The notes: generated by a model from the letters alone, not told the origin. Shown: positions 38,400-49,219, counted from the stretch's first letter. The stretch: 64,000 nt of DNA from an uncultured Gammaproteobacteria bacterium (GCA_964435575.1 CAYSZS010000001.1:43206-107205), one strand, 5' to 3'. A program made the numbers and translations.

Positions 38400-39608
38400 T
38401 TATAAAAGCGGTGACCAGTCGGAGATTGGCATTACGTTTTGGGAAATATAAGCAAGAGAAAAAAGATAAATTGGGATTATTAAGATCAACATCACATATT
38501 TGAATTCTTTTTTGATGATTGTATCCGAAAAAGCCATCAATAAAAATGGGACTATCGGAAGGGAATATCGGATAAGATCCCGATGCGAAACGAAAAGAAT
38601 GGACGCAAAGAATAAACCCACAAACCATGCAAGTTCCCGCTCTTTCATTTCGATAAGTTTTATTAGTCCCAGTAGCCCGAAAAGATAGACAAAAATAATT
38701 TCTTCTAACCAGAATGTACCTACCCAAGGTTGACTATAGTCAAAAATTTGAAAAGGGGGAAAGAAAAGGTGGATGTTATCTCCCGAATGGAAATAGGCGA
38801 GAAAGTCATTTAATCTTACTTTATAAAGTATAAAAACACCCAAAAGTGCGAAAGGAATTAGTGTTATAGAGCTAATTTTTTTGAAATCAAAAGATGATGA
38901 AACTTTTGAAATTGTAGAGATTGCTGCAAGCTTGAATTTTGGTAAGAAGATAAATGCCGCATAGGCAAGAACAAGAATTATTGCCGGAGATTTTGTCAGC
39001 TGTGCAACTAGCCCCCAAATCCCAGCTAATAGATACTTTCTTTGTTTAAAGTAGTACATCGAAGCAATTATTCCTGCAAGAAATAAAGGTTCAGATGAGC
39101 CAACGGACCGAACTATTAAAAAACGCGCAGGGAAAACCGCAAAAACAGCAGTTAACCATAAGGTATTCTTTTTTTCGACATAGTCTTGGATGAATAGATA
39201 AAAAAAGTAGATTGCGAGAATGGAGATTGTTACGGTTAGAAATAGCATAGAATAAACATATCCAATAAGTGGTGAAAATAATTTTATTAAAGCTGGAAAT
39301 AGAGGAAAGTGAGCCGCGTAGTATTGGGCAGGAAGTCCAAATTCAAAGTTACCCATAAGCTCAGGATTATAAAAAGTTTTTGCGACGACCAAAAATAAAG
39401 GGCCGTCGTAGTTGGCAACGATTGTTGCCATACCCTCGCGCGGTAATGGAATCCCCAAAACCCTTGGTATTCTCAAAAAGAAAGGAAGCCAAATTAATAA
39501 AGTAGGGATAACCGAGATTAAAGCAATTGCGATAATAGTCTTAATTTTGGATGCCATTTGACAAAATGATATAACGTTTAAAGTTCTTAAACAAGATTGA
39601 TAACTCAA
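38400..39608 (-). CDS. Polytopic membrane protein, GT-C-like glycosyltransferase candidate (only large minus-strand gene in the island)
   Basis: About 11 TM helices. The loop motif is ANYDGPLFLVVAKTFYNP. The likely start is MASKIKT (39555). Confidence 0.55.
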   Translation of the reverse strand: MSYQSCLRTLNVISFCQMASKIKTIIAIALISVIPTLLIWLPFFLRIPRVLGIPLPREGMATIVANYDGPLFLVVAKTFYNPELMGNFEFGLPAQYYAAHFPLFPALIKLFSPLIGYVYSMLFLTVTISILAIYFFYLFIQDYVEKKNTLWLTAVFAVFPARFLIVRSVGSSEPLFLAGIIASMYYFKQRKYLLAGIWGLVAQLTKSPAIILVLAYAAFIFLPKFKLAAISTISKVSSSFDFKKISSITLIPFALLGVFILYKVRLNDFLAYFHSGDNIHLFFPPFQIFDYSQPWVGTFWLEEIIFVYLFGLLGLIKLIEMKERELAWFVGLFFASILFVSHRDLIRYSLPIVPFLLMAFSDTIIKKEFKYVMLILIIPIYLFSLAYISQNVMPISDWSPLL

Positions 39609-39638
39609 ATGGATAGTCTATGACCATTGGTGTAGAAT

Positions 39639-40355
39639 TTGATCATGAAATACTTGATTAAAGAAATTTCGGTGTTTTTTCCGACTTATAACTTGGAGTC
39701 TAAAATTGAAAAGACTGTAAGGGATGCTTTTAGAATAGTTCCCAAGCTTGCAGAAAAATACGAAATAATTGTTATTAATGACGGAAGTAGGGATAAAACG
39801 GGTGAAGTTTTAAAAAAGCTTAAGCCTAAGTATAAAAACTTAAGAATAATTACACATCAACTAAATAAAGGTTACGGAGGAGCCCTAAAATCAGGATTTT
39901 ACAGCTCTAAATATTCTTGGATTGCTTTTACCGATGCTGATGGACAGTTTGATATCTCTGAACTTCCAAAGCTAATAAAAAAGCAAAAATCTTCAAGCGC
40001 TGACATTGTCGCCGGTTTTTATTTAAAGAGAGCAGTTTCTTTGTTGCGCAAGCTAAACACATGGTTATGGCAGTTGGTTGTCCGAATACTATTTAGATTA
40101 AAAGTAAAAGACATTGACTGTGGATTTAAATTAATTAGGAAAAAGGTTATCGATACTGTTCCTAAACTTGAATCCGAAAGAGGAGCATTTATATCAAGTG
40201 AATTTTTAATTAAAGCCCAAAAGTACGGTTTTAAAATTGTTGAGATTGGTGTTCATCATTATCCTCATACGGGAGGAAAAGGAACGGGTGCAGATTTGAA
40301 TGTAATAATTAACAGCTTCGTTGATCTTTTTAAATTGTGGCGAAAACTTCGATGA
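39639..40355 (+). CDS. GT2 polyprenyl-phosphate sugar synthase (DPM1/GtrB-like)
   Basis: VFFPTYNLESKI, IIVINDGSRDKT, GYGGALKSG and FTDADGQFD. Confidence 0.85.
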   Translation: MIMKYLIKEISVFFPTYNLESKIEKTVRDAFRIVPKLAEKYEIIVINDGSRDKTGEVLKKLKPKYKNLRIITHQLNKGYGGALKSGFYSSKYSWIAFTDADGQFDISELPKLIKKQKSSSADIVAGFYLKRAVSLLRKLNTWLWQLVVRILFRLKVKDIDCGFKLIRKKVIDTVPKLESERGAFISSEFLIKAQKYGFKIVEIGVHHYPHTGGKGTGADLNVIINSFVDLFKLWRKLR

Positions 40356-42016
40356 TAGATCTAATTACAAATTACAAATCACAAATTACAAAATGGGTTA
40401 AAGAAAATCGTCTCGAAGCATTTTGGTTGGCAGTAATTCTTATAATTGGGGCATTTTTCAGGCTTTACAGAATTGATGAGTATATGACATTCTTGGGAGA
40501 CGAAGGAAGAGACGCGATTATTGTCCGACGACTTCTTGTCAATTTTGATCCTATTTTAATTGGCCCAGGAACTTCGATCGGAAATATGTATTTAGGGCCA
40601 ATTTATTACTACATGATGGCACCCGCGCTTCTTCTGGCGGGTTTCAATCCCGCTGGACCTAGCGTTATGATTGCGTTATTGGGAGTATTTACAATGTGGT
40701 TTGTTTGGTTTGTAGTTCGAGGTTGGTTTCCCACTTCGCCAAGGTTTCGCGGGACGAGTCCATTTTCGATTAACGTAGCAGCACTTGGTTCAGCTGCCTT
40801 ATATGCTGTTTCCCCCGTAGTAATTAATTTTTCCAAATCTTCCTGGAATCCCAACATCATGCCATTTTTCTCGCTTTTGACTATTTATTCAATTTGGAAA
40901 TGGTGGATGGAAGGCAAATTTAAATGGATAGTAGTCACAGCGGTATCGATTGCATTTGTTTTACAGTCTCACTATTTAGGACTACTATTAGTTCCGGTAG
41001 TTGGACTTTTCTGTTTATTAACTTTTTTAAAAATTAACAGATTACAAATCACTGATCACCGATCATTGAAACGGAATTTTCTCAAATATTCAACATTTGG
41101 AATAGGTGCACTTACTATCCTAATGTTACCTCTTTTAATATTCGACCTTCGTCACAATTTCATGAACTTTAATGCGGTTAAGCAGTTTTTTACCCAAAGA
41201 CAAACAACTGTTTCCGCACTTCCTTGGAAGTCTATTCCAAAATTATCCGAGGTTATGAATGATTCCACTTCCTCGCTTCTGGGAGCAAAAAATGTGGATT
41301 TGACTTGGCTATTCACCTACGGAATTCTATTTTTTACTTTATGGATTTTAATTCGCGAACTTTTCTCAAAAAGAAAAATAAATATTAAAGATAAAAAATA
41401 TTGGAATTATCTTTGGGAAAAAATTGAAAATGCCAATTTATCACCTTATTTTTTACTGATAATCTGGTTATTAACGGCGTATGTCGGCTTAGGTCTTTAT
41501 AAACAACACATATATGATCACTATTATGGATTTTTCTTTACAGCTCCTTTTATATTGGTCGGGGGAATAACGCAATATATTTTGGATAATTTTAAATCGT
41601 ACTGGAAAATTATCATAACAATCTTTTTCATTTATGCAATAACTACCAATTTGGTCGGAAACCCATTAAAATATCCGCCAAATAGGCAAATGCAAAGAGC
41701 AATAGAGGTTGCCGAAAAAATTAAAGGAGAAGCCCGTGGTCAAAAATTTAATTTGGCAGTAATAGCCGAGAGAAATTACGAAGACGGTTACCAATATTTC
41801 TTAGAGAAATGGGGAGAGCCGGTTTACGACATCGACGCTTTAAATTACGAAAAAACTCTTGCTGATAATCTTTTTGTAGTTTGTGAAATGCCAAAGGAAA
41901 AATGTGACCCTGTTCATAATCCGAAAACCGAAGTAGCCAATTTCGGCTGGAGTAAGGTAGAAGGGGAATGGGAAGTCGGCGGAATTACTTTATATAAACT
42001 AATTCACACACAATGA
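40337..42016 (+). CDS. ArnT/PMT-like GT-C membrane glycosyltransferase
   Basis: The first periplasmic loop carries FLGDEGRDAIIV (an ArnT/PMT-type DE motif). There are many TM helices and a C-terminal soluble domain. A 7-bp tandem repeat (AATTACA x4) sits at codons 9-18. Confidence 0.7.
   Translation: MAKTSMIDLITNYKSQITKWVKENRLEAFWLAVILIIGAFFRLYRIDEYMTFLGDEGRDAIIVRRLLVNFDPILIGPGTSIGNMYLGPIYYYMMAPALLLAGFNPAGPSVMIALLGVFTMWFVWFVVRGWFPTSPRFRGTSPFSINVAALGSAALYAVSPVVINFSKSSWNPNIMPFFSLLTIYSIWKWWMEGKFKWIVVTAVSIAFVLQSHYLGLLLVPVVGLFCLLTFLKINRLQITDHRSLKRNFLKYSTFGIGALTILMLPLLIFDLRHNFMNFNAVKQFFTQRQTTVSALPWKSIPKLSEVMNDSTSSLLGAKNVDLTWLFTYGILFFTLWILIRELFSKRKINIKDKKYWNYLWEKIENANLSPYFLLIIWLLTAYVGLGLYKQHIYDHYYGFFFTAPFILVGGITQYILDNFKSYWKIIITIFFIYAITTNLVGNPLKYPPNRQMQRAIEVAEKIKGEARGQKFNLAVIAERNYEDGYQYFLEKWGEPVYDIDALNYEKTLADNLFVVCEMPKEKCDPVHNPKTEVANFGWSKVEGEWEVGGITLYKLIHTQ
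40363..40390 (+). repeat. Heptanucleotide tandem repeat (AATTACA x4) in the 5' coding region of a GT-C gene
   Basis: Read directly: aattaca aattaca aatcaca aattaca. Confidence 0.8.
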
Positions 42017-43020
42017 AAAGATATCAAACACTCCATTGTCACACAAAAACATCTGATGGTTTTCTTACGCATAGACAAGTATTAGATATATGTGGAGAAA
42101 ATAATATAGGTGTTGTGGCGTTTACGGATCACGATAGTTTACCGAAAGATAAAGTAATTAAAGAGTTATTAGAAAATAAAAAACATCCAGCGAAGTGGAT
42201 TGTTGGAATAGAAATATCTGCAGATAAGCCAACCGACTTTAAGGATAAATTTAGTCCTCATATAGTGGGTTTATTTGTTGACCCCTTCAATAGAGATTTA
42301 ATTAAGCACTGTGAAATGGCGCAGGAAGCAAGGCGGGAGAGAATGAGTCATATGGTCAAAAAACTTAACGGGTTAGGATTTAATCTAATAGAAGAGGATT
42401 GTTTAAAAGCTTCAAAGGGGGAAGCAGTTGGAAGGCCACATATTGTTCAAGCAATTAAGTCAAAGGAGGAAAATCTTGAACTAATTGAAAAATTAAGAAA
42501 GAAGATGGAACAGGATGCTGATAAAAATGAGGAGTTAAGAATTAAATATGATCTGATGATGCAGAGAGGAGAGAGCCAATATCCTTATGTACTTTTCTTA
42601 AGCGACGACTCTTATATTAAGGGTGTATATGTTGACTATCTTTATCGGATAAATCTGGACGATTGTGTAAAGCTTATCAGAAAGGCGGGTGGTTTGGCTT
42701 TCTTTGCCCACTGGTTTACGGAAATCAGTAAGTGCGATGAAACTTCAATGGAGAAATTATTAAGAGAGGATAGAATTGATGGAGCTGAAACAGTCTATGG
42801 ATTTTATGACGATATAAAAGATGAATTTATGAGACAAAGAGCAATATTGCAAAAAATAATTAATAGATATCATAAACTAGAAAGCGGTGGAGCTGATGCC
42901 CACACGGAGGAACAATTGAAGGATTTTGCCAAAGATAGTTGGTATGCTGGTTTGACGATAGATATGGCGGAAAATATTTTATCAAGCGGGAAAGTTGATG
43001 GAAAGTGGAGCTCGTTGTAA
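42013..43020 (+). CDS. PHP-domain metal-dependent phosphoesterase
   Basis: LHCHTKTSDG ... FTDHDS matches the PHP motif I/II histidines. Confidence 0.75.
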   Translation: MKRYQTLHCHTKTSDGFLTHRQVLDICGENNIGVVAFTDHDSLPKDKVIKELLENKKHPAKWIVGIEISADKPTDFKDKFSPHIVGLFVDPFNRDLIKHCEMAQEARRERMSHMVKKLNGLGFNLIEEDCLKASKGEAVGRPHIVQAIKSKEENLELIEKLRKKMEQDADKNEELRIKYDLMMQRGESQYPYVLFLSDDSYIKGVYVDYLYRINLDDCVKLIRKAGGLAFFAHWFTEISKCDETSMEKLLREDRIDGAETVYGFYDDIKDEFMRQRAILQKIINRYHKLESGGADAHTEEQLKDFAKDSWYAGLTIDMAENILSSGKVDGKWSSL

Positions 43021-43023
43021 GTT

Positions 43024-43539
43024 TTGGTTAGTCTTTCGATATATCTATCAAGAAAGTTCTTCAAGTTGCGAGAAAGTTTGCTAAAGAAAATGCAAAATAA
43101 AAAACAAAAGGAAAAAGATATTCATACACACGTAATTCTAGTCGCAGGATTTGTACAAAAGGGAGATAAATATTTAATTGCGCGACGAAAAAGCGATGAT
43201 CCTCAAGCGGGTGGTAAATGGTCATTACCAGGTGGAAAAGTTGATTTTGATATTGGAGGACAGATAATAGAGAAAACTCTTCAAAGAGAAATTAACGAGG
43301 AAGTTGGGGTTAAAATTACAGGTGAAATTGAATTTCTAGGAAATAATGCTTTTATTCGGTCGAGTGGGCATCATGTGGTAGCCCTTGTTTTTTTATGTTA
43401 TTGGAAAAGTGGCATTGCAAAACCTCTTGAGGGGCATGATAAGATTCTATGGTTAACTTTGGAAGAACTAAGGAATTTCAAAGACGCCGACCCCTTTTTT
43501 ATAGAAACTATTGACTTGCTTGTCAGACATCTTTCCTAA
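43024..43539 (+). CDS. NUDIX hydrolase
   Basis: The Nudix box is GGKVDFDIGGQIIEKTLQREINEEVGV (Gx5Ex7REUxEExGU). Confidence 0.85.
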   Translation: MVSLSIYLSRKFFKLRESLLKKMQNKKQKEKDIHTHVILVAGFVQKGDKYLIARRKSDDPQAGGKWSLPGGKVDFDIGGQIIEKTLQREINEEVGVKITGEIEFLGNNAFIRSSGHHVVALVFLCYWKSGIAKPLEGHDKILWLTLEELRNFKDADPFFIETIDLLVRHLS

Positions 43540-43650
43540 TTCTTCAATTTAAATTATTTTTCCCAGATTTTGTGGTAACATCTCCAACATTGGCTCTGAA
43601 TTCATTTCAACCGACAATGGATTGTCGGAATCTTGAAATCATAGTAAAAT

Positions 43651-45207
43651 TTGAGTGTGAAGACGCTTAAAAAGTTATTTACCGGTTGGTTTACCCACAC
43701 TTTACTTTTTTGGATTCTTGCGTTAGCCTTTTTTGTTCGGGTTTATAGAACCGGAGATTTACTGCAATTTTATTACGATCAGGGGAGAGACGCACTCGTC
43801 ATTTGGGACCTTTGGCATAAGGGGAAATTTTTTTTAATAGGCCCGATTACCGGCCTCAAGGGAATATTTTTGGGACCTTTTTACTATTATTTAATAGCTC
43901 CTTTTTACCTTCTTGGGGGTGGAAATCCGGTTTATCCTGCTGTCTTTTTGGGTAGCTTGGGAACTTTGGCGGTTTTGATGCTTTACGTATTGGGATCCAA
44001 AATGCACTCAAGACTGGCAGGAATAATTGCCGCAACAATTGGAGGCTTTTCTTACTACATTGCAACTTTTAACCGTTGGCTATCAAATCCCAACCCTATT
44101 CTTTTAACAAGCATTATCTTTTTATGGAGTTTGTGGGAAATAGCCATTTCAAGTCACAAGTCACAAGTCACAAGTCACAAGTTTAACTGGTGGTGGATAG
44201 TGGCAGCGTTAATGGTTGGAGTATCTTTACAGTTCGAAAGCGCGAGTGCAATTTTTTATATTCCCCTTTTTATCATTTTTACATTCTGGATAGTATTAAG
44301 AAATGGAATTTATAAGTGGAGGGATAACATACCGAACACAAAAACTGTTCTTTTATGTGTTTTGGCGCTTTTAATTACTCTTTTACCTCAATTAGCATTC
44401 AATATTAAGCATGAAAATATACTTCTGAATAACTTCAGGGAATTATTTTTAGAGGAAAAGGCCTTTCGACCGTTTACGAAATTTATTTTAGAAGAAAGAG
44501 GTAAATATTTTTGGAATGTTTTTTCATCCAAATTTCTTTTTGAAGAAAATATTTTTGCAATTCTTTTTGTAACCATTGCGGGTGCAATTTTTGTCTCCGA
44601 ATATAAGAAATTTAAGAAGACCACCTTGCCGCTTTTTCTGATTTTTCTTGTTACTCCGATGGTTGGATATATTCTTTTTCAGGGTAACTACGGCAATATT
44701 TATGATTACTACATGAGCGGTTACTTTTTGCCTTTTATCCTTTTATTTTCAATTGCAATGGGGGAACTGTGGAATAAAAAACTTGGATTTATATTGGTAA
44801 TATTTTTTTTCATTAAATTTTTCCCTCCGAACTATAAAGCTTTGAGGAATTATCTAACTTCAAGCATTCTAACTCGCCCAATTTCTCTGGAAGAACAGAT
44901 TCCTGTCGTCAATTGGGTATATGATGATGCTGAAGGAAGGGGGCAGTTTAATGTAGACGTTTATGTTCCTCCGGTGATTCCGTATGCCTACGATTATCTT
45001 TTTTTATGGCAAGGCTATAAGCGCTGCGGGGAGAGTATGTGCGGAATGACGAAAGAAAGAGTTCCGCTTCTATACACTTTATACGAGCCTGACGACGACC
45101 ACCCTGAAAGAATTGAGGCCTGGTTTAAAAGACAGGAAGGAATAGGGATTGTTGAACAAGAATTTAAATACGGACGTCTAACGGTCCAAAGAAGGAAAAG
45201 GTTATGA
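43651..45207 (+). CDS. ArnT/PMT-like GT-C membrane glycosyltransferase (paralog of 40337)
   Basis: YYDQGRDALVIWDL loop motif. GPITGLKGIFLGPFYYYLIAPFYLLGGGNP parallels 40337. It contains the AAGTCAC x4-5 tandem repeat at 44151-44185. Confidence 0.7.
   Translation: MSVKTLKKLFTGWFTHTLLFWILALAFFVRVYRTGDLLQFYYDQGRDALVIWDLWHKGKFFLIGPITGLKGIFLGPFYYYLIAPFYLLGGGNPVYPAVFLGSLGTLAVLMLYVLGSKMHSRLAGIIAATIGGFSYYIATFNRWLSNPNPILLTSIIFLWSLWEIAISSHKSQVTSHKFNWWWIVAALMVGVSLQFESASAIFYIPLFIIFTFWIVLRNGIYKWRDNIPNTKTVLLCVLALLITLLPQLAFNIKHENILLNNFRELFLEEKAFRPFTKFILEERGKYFWNVFSSKFLFEENIFAILFVTIAGAIFVSEYKKFKKTTLPLFLIFLVTPMVGYILFQGNYGNIYDYYMSGYFLPFILLFSIAMGELWNKKLGFILVIFFFIKFFPPNYKALRNYLTSSILTRPISLEEQIPVVNWVYDDAEGRGQFNVDVYVPPVIPYAYDYLFLWQGYKRCGESMCGMTKERVPLLYTLYEPDDDHPERIEAWFKRQEGIGIVEQEFKYGRLTVQRRKRL
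44151..44185 (+). repeat. Heptanucleotide tandem repeat (AAGTCAC x4 plus a degenerate 5th copy) inside a GT-C gene
   Basis: Read directly: aagtcac aagtcac aagtcac aagtcac aagttta. Confidence 0.8.
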
Positions 45208-46697
45208 GATTAAAAATTAAAAATTTACTTTACCAAAATTACTTAATTTTGCTAGCTATCATCTTGGTTGGCCTTTTCTTGAGAACATATCAACTTAGAG
45301 AAAGATTTTTGTACAGCCATGATCAGGATTTGGCCGGTTGGTTTATAAAAGATGTGGTAATTGATAAGCACCTGCGTTTAGTTGGTCAAGAAACTTCTAC
45401 TCAGGGGATATTCATTGGCCCGTTTTTTTATTATTTGCAGATACCTTTTTACCTTTTTTCACATATGGATCCCATCGGAGGAACATATTTAGTAACTTTC
45501 CTTGGTATTTTAACGATGGTAAGTATCTATTTTGTATTCTCACAAATTTTCGATAAAAAGGTTGGTTTGATTGGAGCTTTTATTTATGCCGTTTCTTTCT
45601 ACACGGTAAATAACGATCGTGAAGTTGTGCCCACCATGCCTGTAATTTTATGGAGCGTATGGTTTTTATACGGACTTAGCCTTCTTTTAAAAAACGAGCA
45701 AAAAAAAGCATCTTTAGTTTTTGGAATTCTTATGGGGCTTATTTGGCATATCAACTTTGCACTTATTTTACCGGTTATTTTAATTCCGATAGCATATTAT
45801 TTTTCAAGAAAAAGATTTGAATATAAAAACTTGGCTCCTGGGTTGATTGCATTATTCGTTACTTCGCTACCACTTTTATTATTTGAAGTGCGTCATGGGT
45901 TTCAGCAAACAAAAGCAATGTTTTATTCATTAACTACACCACAATCCGACACGGTTTTTACTGGTTATGAGAAATTCCAAAGGGTATGGTATTTAATGAG
46001 CAAAAATATTCACGGACTTTTTATGGGAACTTTTCCCTGGCTTAGTTTTGAAAGTGTTTCTTTTATCTTTGTAGTCATTTTAATATTTTTAATAGTTAAA
46101 AAAATAATCGATAGGAGGTTGTTATTTTTAGTAGTTATTTGGATTTTGATATATATTTTCTTTTTTTCGTCTTATTCAAAAATCGTATCGGAGTATTACT
46201 TAAACGGAATTACCATTATTTGGATTTTAACTTTTTCGGTGTGTATTTGGCAACTTTTGAAAAGGAGCGATATAAAACATTTTGGCGTTATGATTCTATC
46301 TTTCTTTTTTGTCTTTAACTTAAACAAATTTTTTTCGTATGATATAAATGCAAGTGGTTATGTTCAAAGAAAAGATATTGTTTCAGAAATAAAAAGAAAC
46401 TCGAACGATCGAGGATACCCTTGTGTTTCGGTATCTTACATAACAGATCCGGGTTATAATTTGGGCTACAGATACTTTTTCTGGTTATTAAACGTCAAGA
46501 CTGCCCCAATAGGAAACGATGTACCAGTTTATACAATTGTTTTTCCATTAAAACCTATTTTTGTAACAGACGTTAATAAGGGAGCCATCGGATTAATATA
46601 TCCGAACCATGAAAGTTATGCTAAAGAGAGAATTGAAAAAGGTTGTTCGGGAGAAAATTCAAATTTAACAGATCCCTTGTTCGGATTTACGAGATAA
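45204..46697 (+). CDS. ArnT/PMT-like GT-C membrane glycosyltransferase (paralog)
   Basis: SHDQDLAGWFIKDV and GQETSTQGIFIGPFFYYLQIPFYLF match the same loop architecture. It overlaps the upstream gene by 4 nt. Confidence 0.65.
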   Translation: MRLKIKNLLYQNYLILLAIILVGLFLRTYQLRERFLYSHDQDLAGWFIKDVVIDKHLRLVGQETSTQGIFIGPFFYYLQIPFYLFSHMDPIGGTYLVTFLGILTMVSIYFVFSQIFDKKVGLIGAFIYAVSFYTVNNDREVVPTMPVILWSVWFLYGLSLLLKNEQKKASLVFGILMGLIWHINFALILPVILIPIAYYFSRKRFEYKNLAPGLIALFVTSLPLLLFEVRHGFQQTKAMFYSLTTPQSDTVFTGYEKFQRVWYLMSKNIHGLFMGTFPWLSFESVSFIFVVILIFLIVKKIIDRRLLFLVVIWILIYIFFFSSYSKIVSEYYLNGITIIWILTFSVCIWQLLKRSDIKHFGVMILSFFFVFNLNKFFSYDINASGYVQRKDIVSEIKRNSNDRGYPCVSVSYITDPGYNLGYRYFFWLLNVKTAPIGNDVPVYTIVFPLKPIFVTDVNKGAIGLIYPNHESYAKERIEKGCSGENSNLTDPLFGFTR

Positions 46698-46777
46698 TAA
46701 GATAAGAACAGCTAAATGGTAATATCGCTGAATAGTTGGTAGTAAAGTAAACGATAAACAAATTCAACTATTTAGCT

Positions 46778-47551
46778 ATGCAACCATCTATCTATTTATC
46801 AATAATCATTCCTTGTTACAACGAGGAGGAAAATTTGAAAAGAGGCGTTCTTGATGAGGTTTATAAATTCATGAAGGCCAAAGATTTTCAATGGGAGGTA
46901 ATAGTTTCTGATGATGGAAGCACTGACGGGAGTAAAAAGCTGGTAAGGGGGCAGATTGAAGATTGGGACGGATTCAGGCTTTTGGAGAATCCGCATGGAG
47001 GAAAACCCTCTGCTTTGTGGCATGGAATAAAAGAGTCTAAAGGTGAATACGTTCTTTTTACAGACATGGATCAGTCAACTCCAATTGACCAACTTGATAA
47101 ATTGCTTCCTTTTATCGAAAAAAAAGTGGGTGCGGTAATAGGTTCTCGTGGGTTACTTAGGAAAAACTTTCCACTTTATCGTAGATTGGGGTCAATAGTA
47201 TTTATGGCAGTGAGAAAACTGTTTATACTTCCTGAGATAGGTGATACTCAATGCGGTTTTAAATTATTTCAAAGGAAAGTTATTGAAAAGGCATTTCCGA
47301 AGCTACAGTTTTTCAGGAAAGAGGTTATTACTAAGGGATGGAAAGTGACCTCCTACGACGTTGAGTTACTGCATATTATCAAAAAGATGGGATACGAAAT
47401 TGAAGAGGTGCCTGTGGAATGGCAAGATATAGATATTAGTAAAAGCAAAGGGGGTGTGTTGAAAAGGTATATAAATGAGTCGAAAGAAATGTTTACACAA
47501 ATCCTACGGGTCAAATTAAATGATTTGAGAGGTTTATATAAAGATTTTTAG
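46778..47551 (+). CDS. GT2 polyprenyl-phosphate sugar synthase (DPM1-like)
   Basis: SIIIPCYNEEENL, VIVSDDGSTDGS and FTDMDQSTP. Confidence 0.8.
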   Translation: MQPSIYLSIIIPCYNEEENLKRGVLDEVYKFMKAKDFQWEVIVSDDGSTDGSKKLVRGQIEDWDGFRLLENPHGGKPSALWHGIKESKGEYVLFTDMDQSTPIDQLDKLLPFIEKKVGAVIGSRGLLRKNFPLYRRLGSIVFMAVRKLFILPEIGDTQCGFKLFQRKVIEKAFPKLQFFRKEVITKGWKVTSYDVELLHIIKKMGYEIEEVPVEWQDIDISKSKGGVLKRYINESKEMFTQILRVKLNDLRGLYKDF

Positions 47552-47579
47552 TCGGTTTAAGTTTAAGAATAAGTCTAAG

Positions 47580-49187
47580 ATGTCAGAACTTAAAGATGTG
47601 CTCAAAAAAAATAGAGGAACTTTTTTCCTATTTATTGGTATTATTTTATTAGGTCTAATACTTAGACTTTATAACTTAGATTTAATTCCTATTTTTGGTG
47701 ACGAAGCCATTTATATTCGCTGGGCACAAGTAATGAGGGTAGAGCCCGGTCTCCGTTTTGTTCCCTTAAGCGACGGGAAACAGCCTCTTTTTATGTGGCT
47801 AACTATTCCCTTTTTAAAAATCCTTTCAGATCCTTTAGTTGCCGGACGAATGGTGTCAGTATTATCGGGTCTAGGATCCTTAATAGGAGTATATGTACTG
47901 AGTCGAGTATTGTTTAAATCACATAAAGCCTCACTTATCGCAAGTTTATTTTATGCTATTTCTCCTTTTTCGGTTTTTTTTGACAGGATGGCATTAGCTG
48001 ATTCACTTCTCACCATGTTTGGCATATGGACACTAGTTTTCTCTATTATTACCGTACAAAAGATACGATTGGATACCGCTATGCTTGCCGGTTTTTCTTT
48101 GGGTGGTGGGCTCTTAACCAAATCTCCGGCTACTTTTTTTGCGGCCCTCATTCCTTTTACGCTTATCTTATCAGACTGGCCGAAAACATTTAAAAAATGC
48201 TTCAATCGCCTAAGCGTATACGTATTTTTATTTAGCTTTACTTATGCAATAGGTTTTCTTATGTATAACATTTTACGGCTTGGAACTAATTTCCACATGA
48301 TTGCAATTAGAAATAAGGATTACGTTTTTCCTCTTTCGCATATTTTCCAAAACACTCTCGATCCTTCTGTAGGTCATCTAAAGGACACTGTCGACTACTT
48401 TTGGCTTATGGGCCCTTCGGTTCTTGTCTTGTTTATTTTGACGGGAATATATATTGGTTGGAAACTGTTTAGAAGAGAAACAATAATTCTTCTTGCCTGG
48501 GGAATTTTGCCGATATTGGCAGTTGCGGAACTTTCGAAAACAATGACCGCCCGCTATGTATATTTTGCCGTACCGTATCTTTTGATTATTTCTTCTTTGT
48601 CGCTTAGCTTCGCAGTTAAGAAAAAAGTGATGGGTGCCAAGCTAATTCACCCGTCGGGTGGATTCCTATTGTCTCCACTTGTACGGATATTATTTGTAGC
48701 CTTTGTTGTTCATGCTTTTGTATTGGATTATCAACTTTTGACTAACCCACAATCCGCAAACTTGCCCAGAAGCGAGAGGTCTGGTTATTTGGAGGAATGG
48801 ACTTCCGGATATGGAATAAAGGAGGTATCGGAATACTTAAGAGAGCAACCAAAAAACCTGCCTGCCGGCCGGCAGGTTATTGTGGGAACCGAAGGATACT
48901 TTGGAACCTTACCCGATGGCCTTCAGATTTATTTAAACGACGTACAAGGATTAACGGTAGTCGGAGTGGGAATAGATATAAAAGAACTGCCGAAAAGTCT
49001 TATCGAGTCTCGTGATGCAGGAAACAAGACCTACCTAGTTATAAACAATTCACGTCTACTTGCTGATCCCGAGGACTTGAATTTAGAGCTTGTTGCAGTT
49101 TATCCTAAAGCCTTTCGTAAGCCGGGTACCCGGGAGTATAATACTCTCGGCCCCCGCGAATCTCTTTATTTATTTGAAGTTAAATAA
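47580..49187 (+). CDS. ArnT/PMT_2-like GT-C membrane glycosyltransferase
   Basis: The first-loop motif is IFGDEAIYIRWAQVM (the ArnT DExxY motif). There are about 12 TM helices and a C-terminal soluble domain. Confidence 0.75.
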   Translation: MSELKDVLKKNRGTFFLFIGIILLGLILRLYNLDLIPIFGDEAIYIRWAQVMRVEPGLRFVPLSDGKQPLFMWLTIPFLKILSDPLVAGRMVSVLSGLGSLIGVYVLSRVLFKSHKASLIASLFYAISPFSVFFDRMALADSLLTMFGIWTLVFSIITVQKIRLDTAMLAGFSLGGGLLTKSPATFFAALIPFTLILSDWPKTFKKCFNRLSVYVFLFSFTYAIGFLMYNILRLGTNFHMIAIRNKDYVFPLSHIFQNTLDPSVGHLKDTVDYFWLMGPSVLVLFILTGIYIGWKLFRRETIILLAWGILPILAVAELSKTMTARYVYFAVPYLLIISSLSLSFAVKKKVMGAKLIHPSGGFLLSPLVRILFVAFVVHAFVLDYQLLTNPQSANLPRSERSGYLEEWTSGYGIKEVSEYLREQPKNLPAGRQVIVGTEGYFGTLPDGLQIYLNDVQGLTVVGVGIDIKELPKSLIESRDAGNKTYLVINNSRLLADPEDLNLELVAVYPKAFRKPGTREYNTLGPRESLYLFEVK

Positions 49188-49219
49188 ATTTTAAGATTTT
49201 AATATTCTTTAGAAATAAG

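Noticed and set aside
38395-38727. 110-aa ORF overlapping the 3' end of the minus-strand GT-C gene in another frame
   Set aside because: It is on the same strand but in an alternative frame of a supported CDS.
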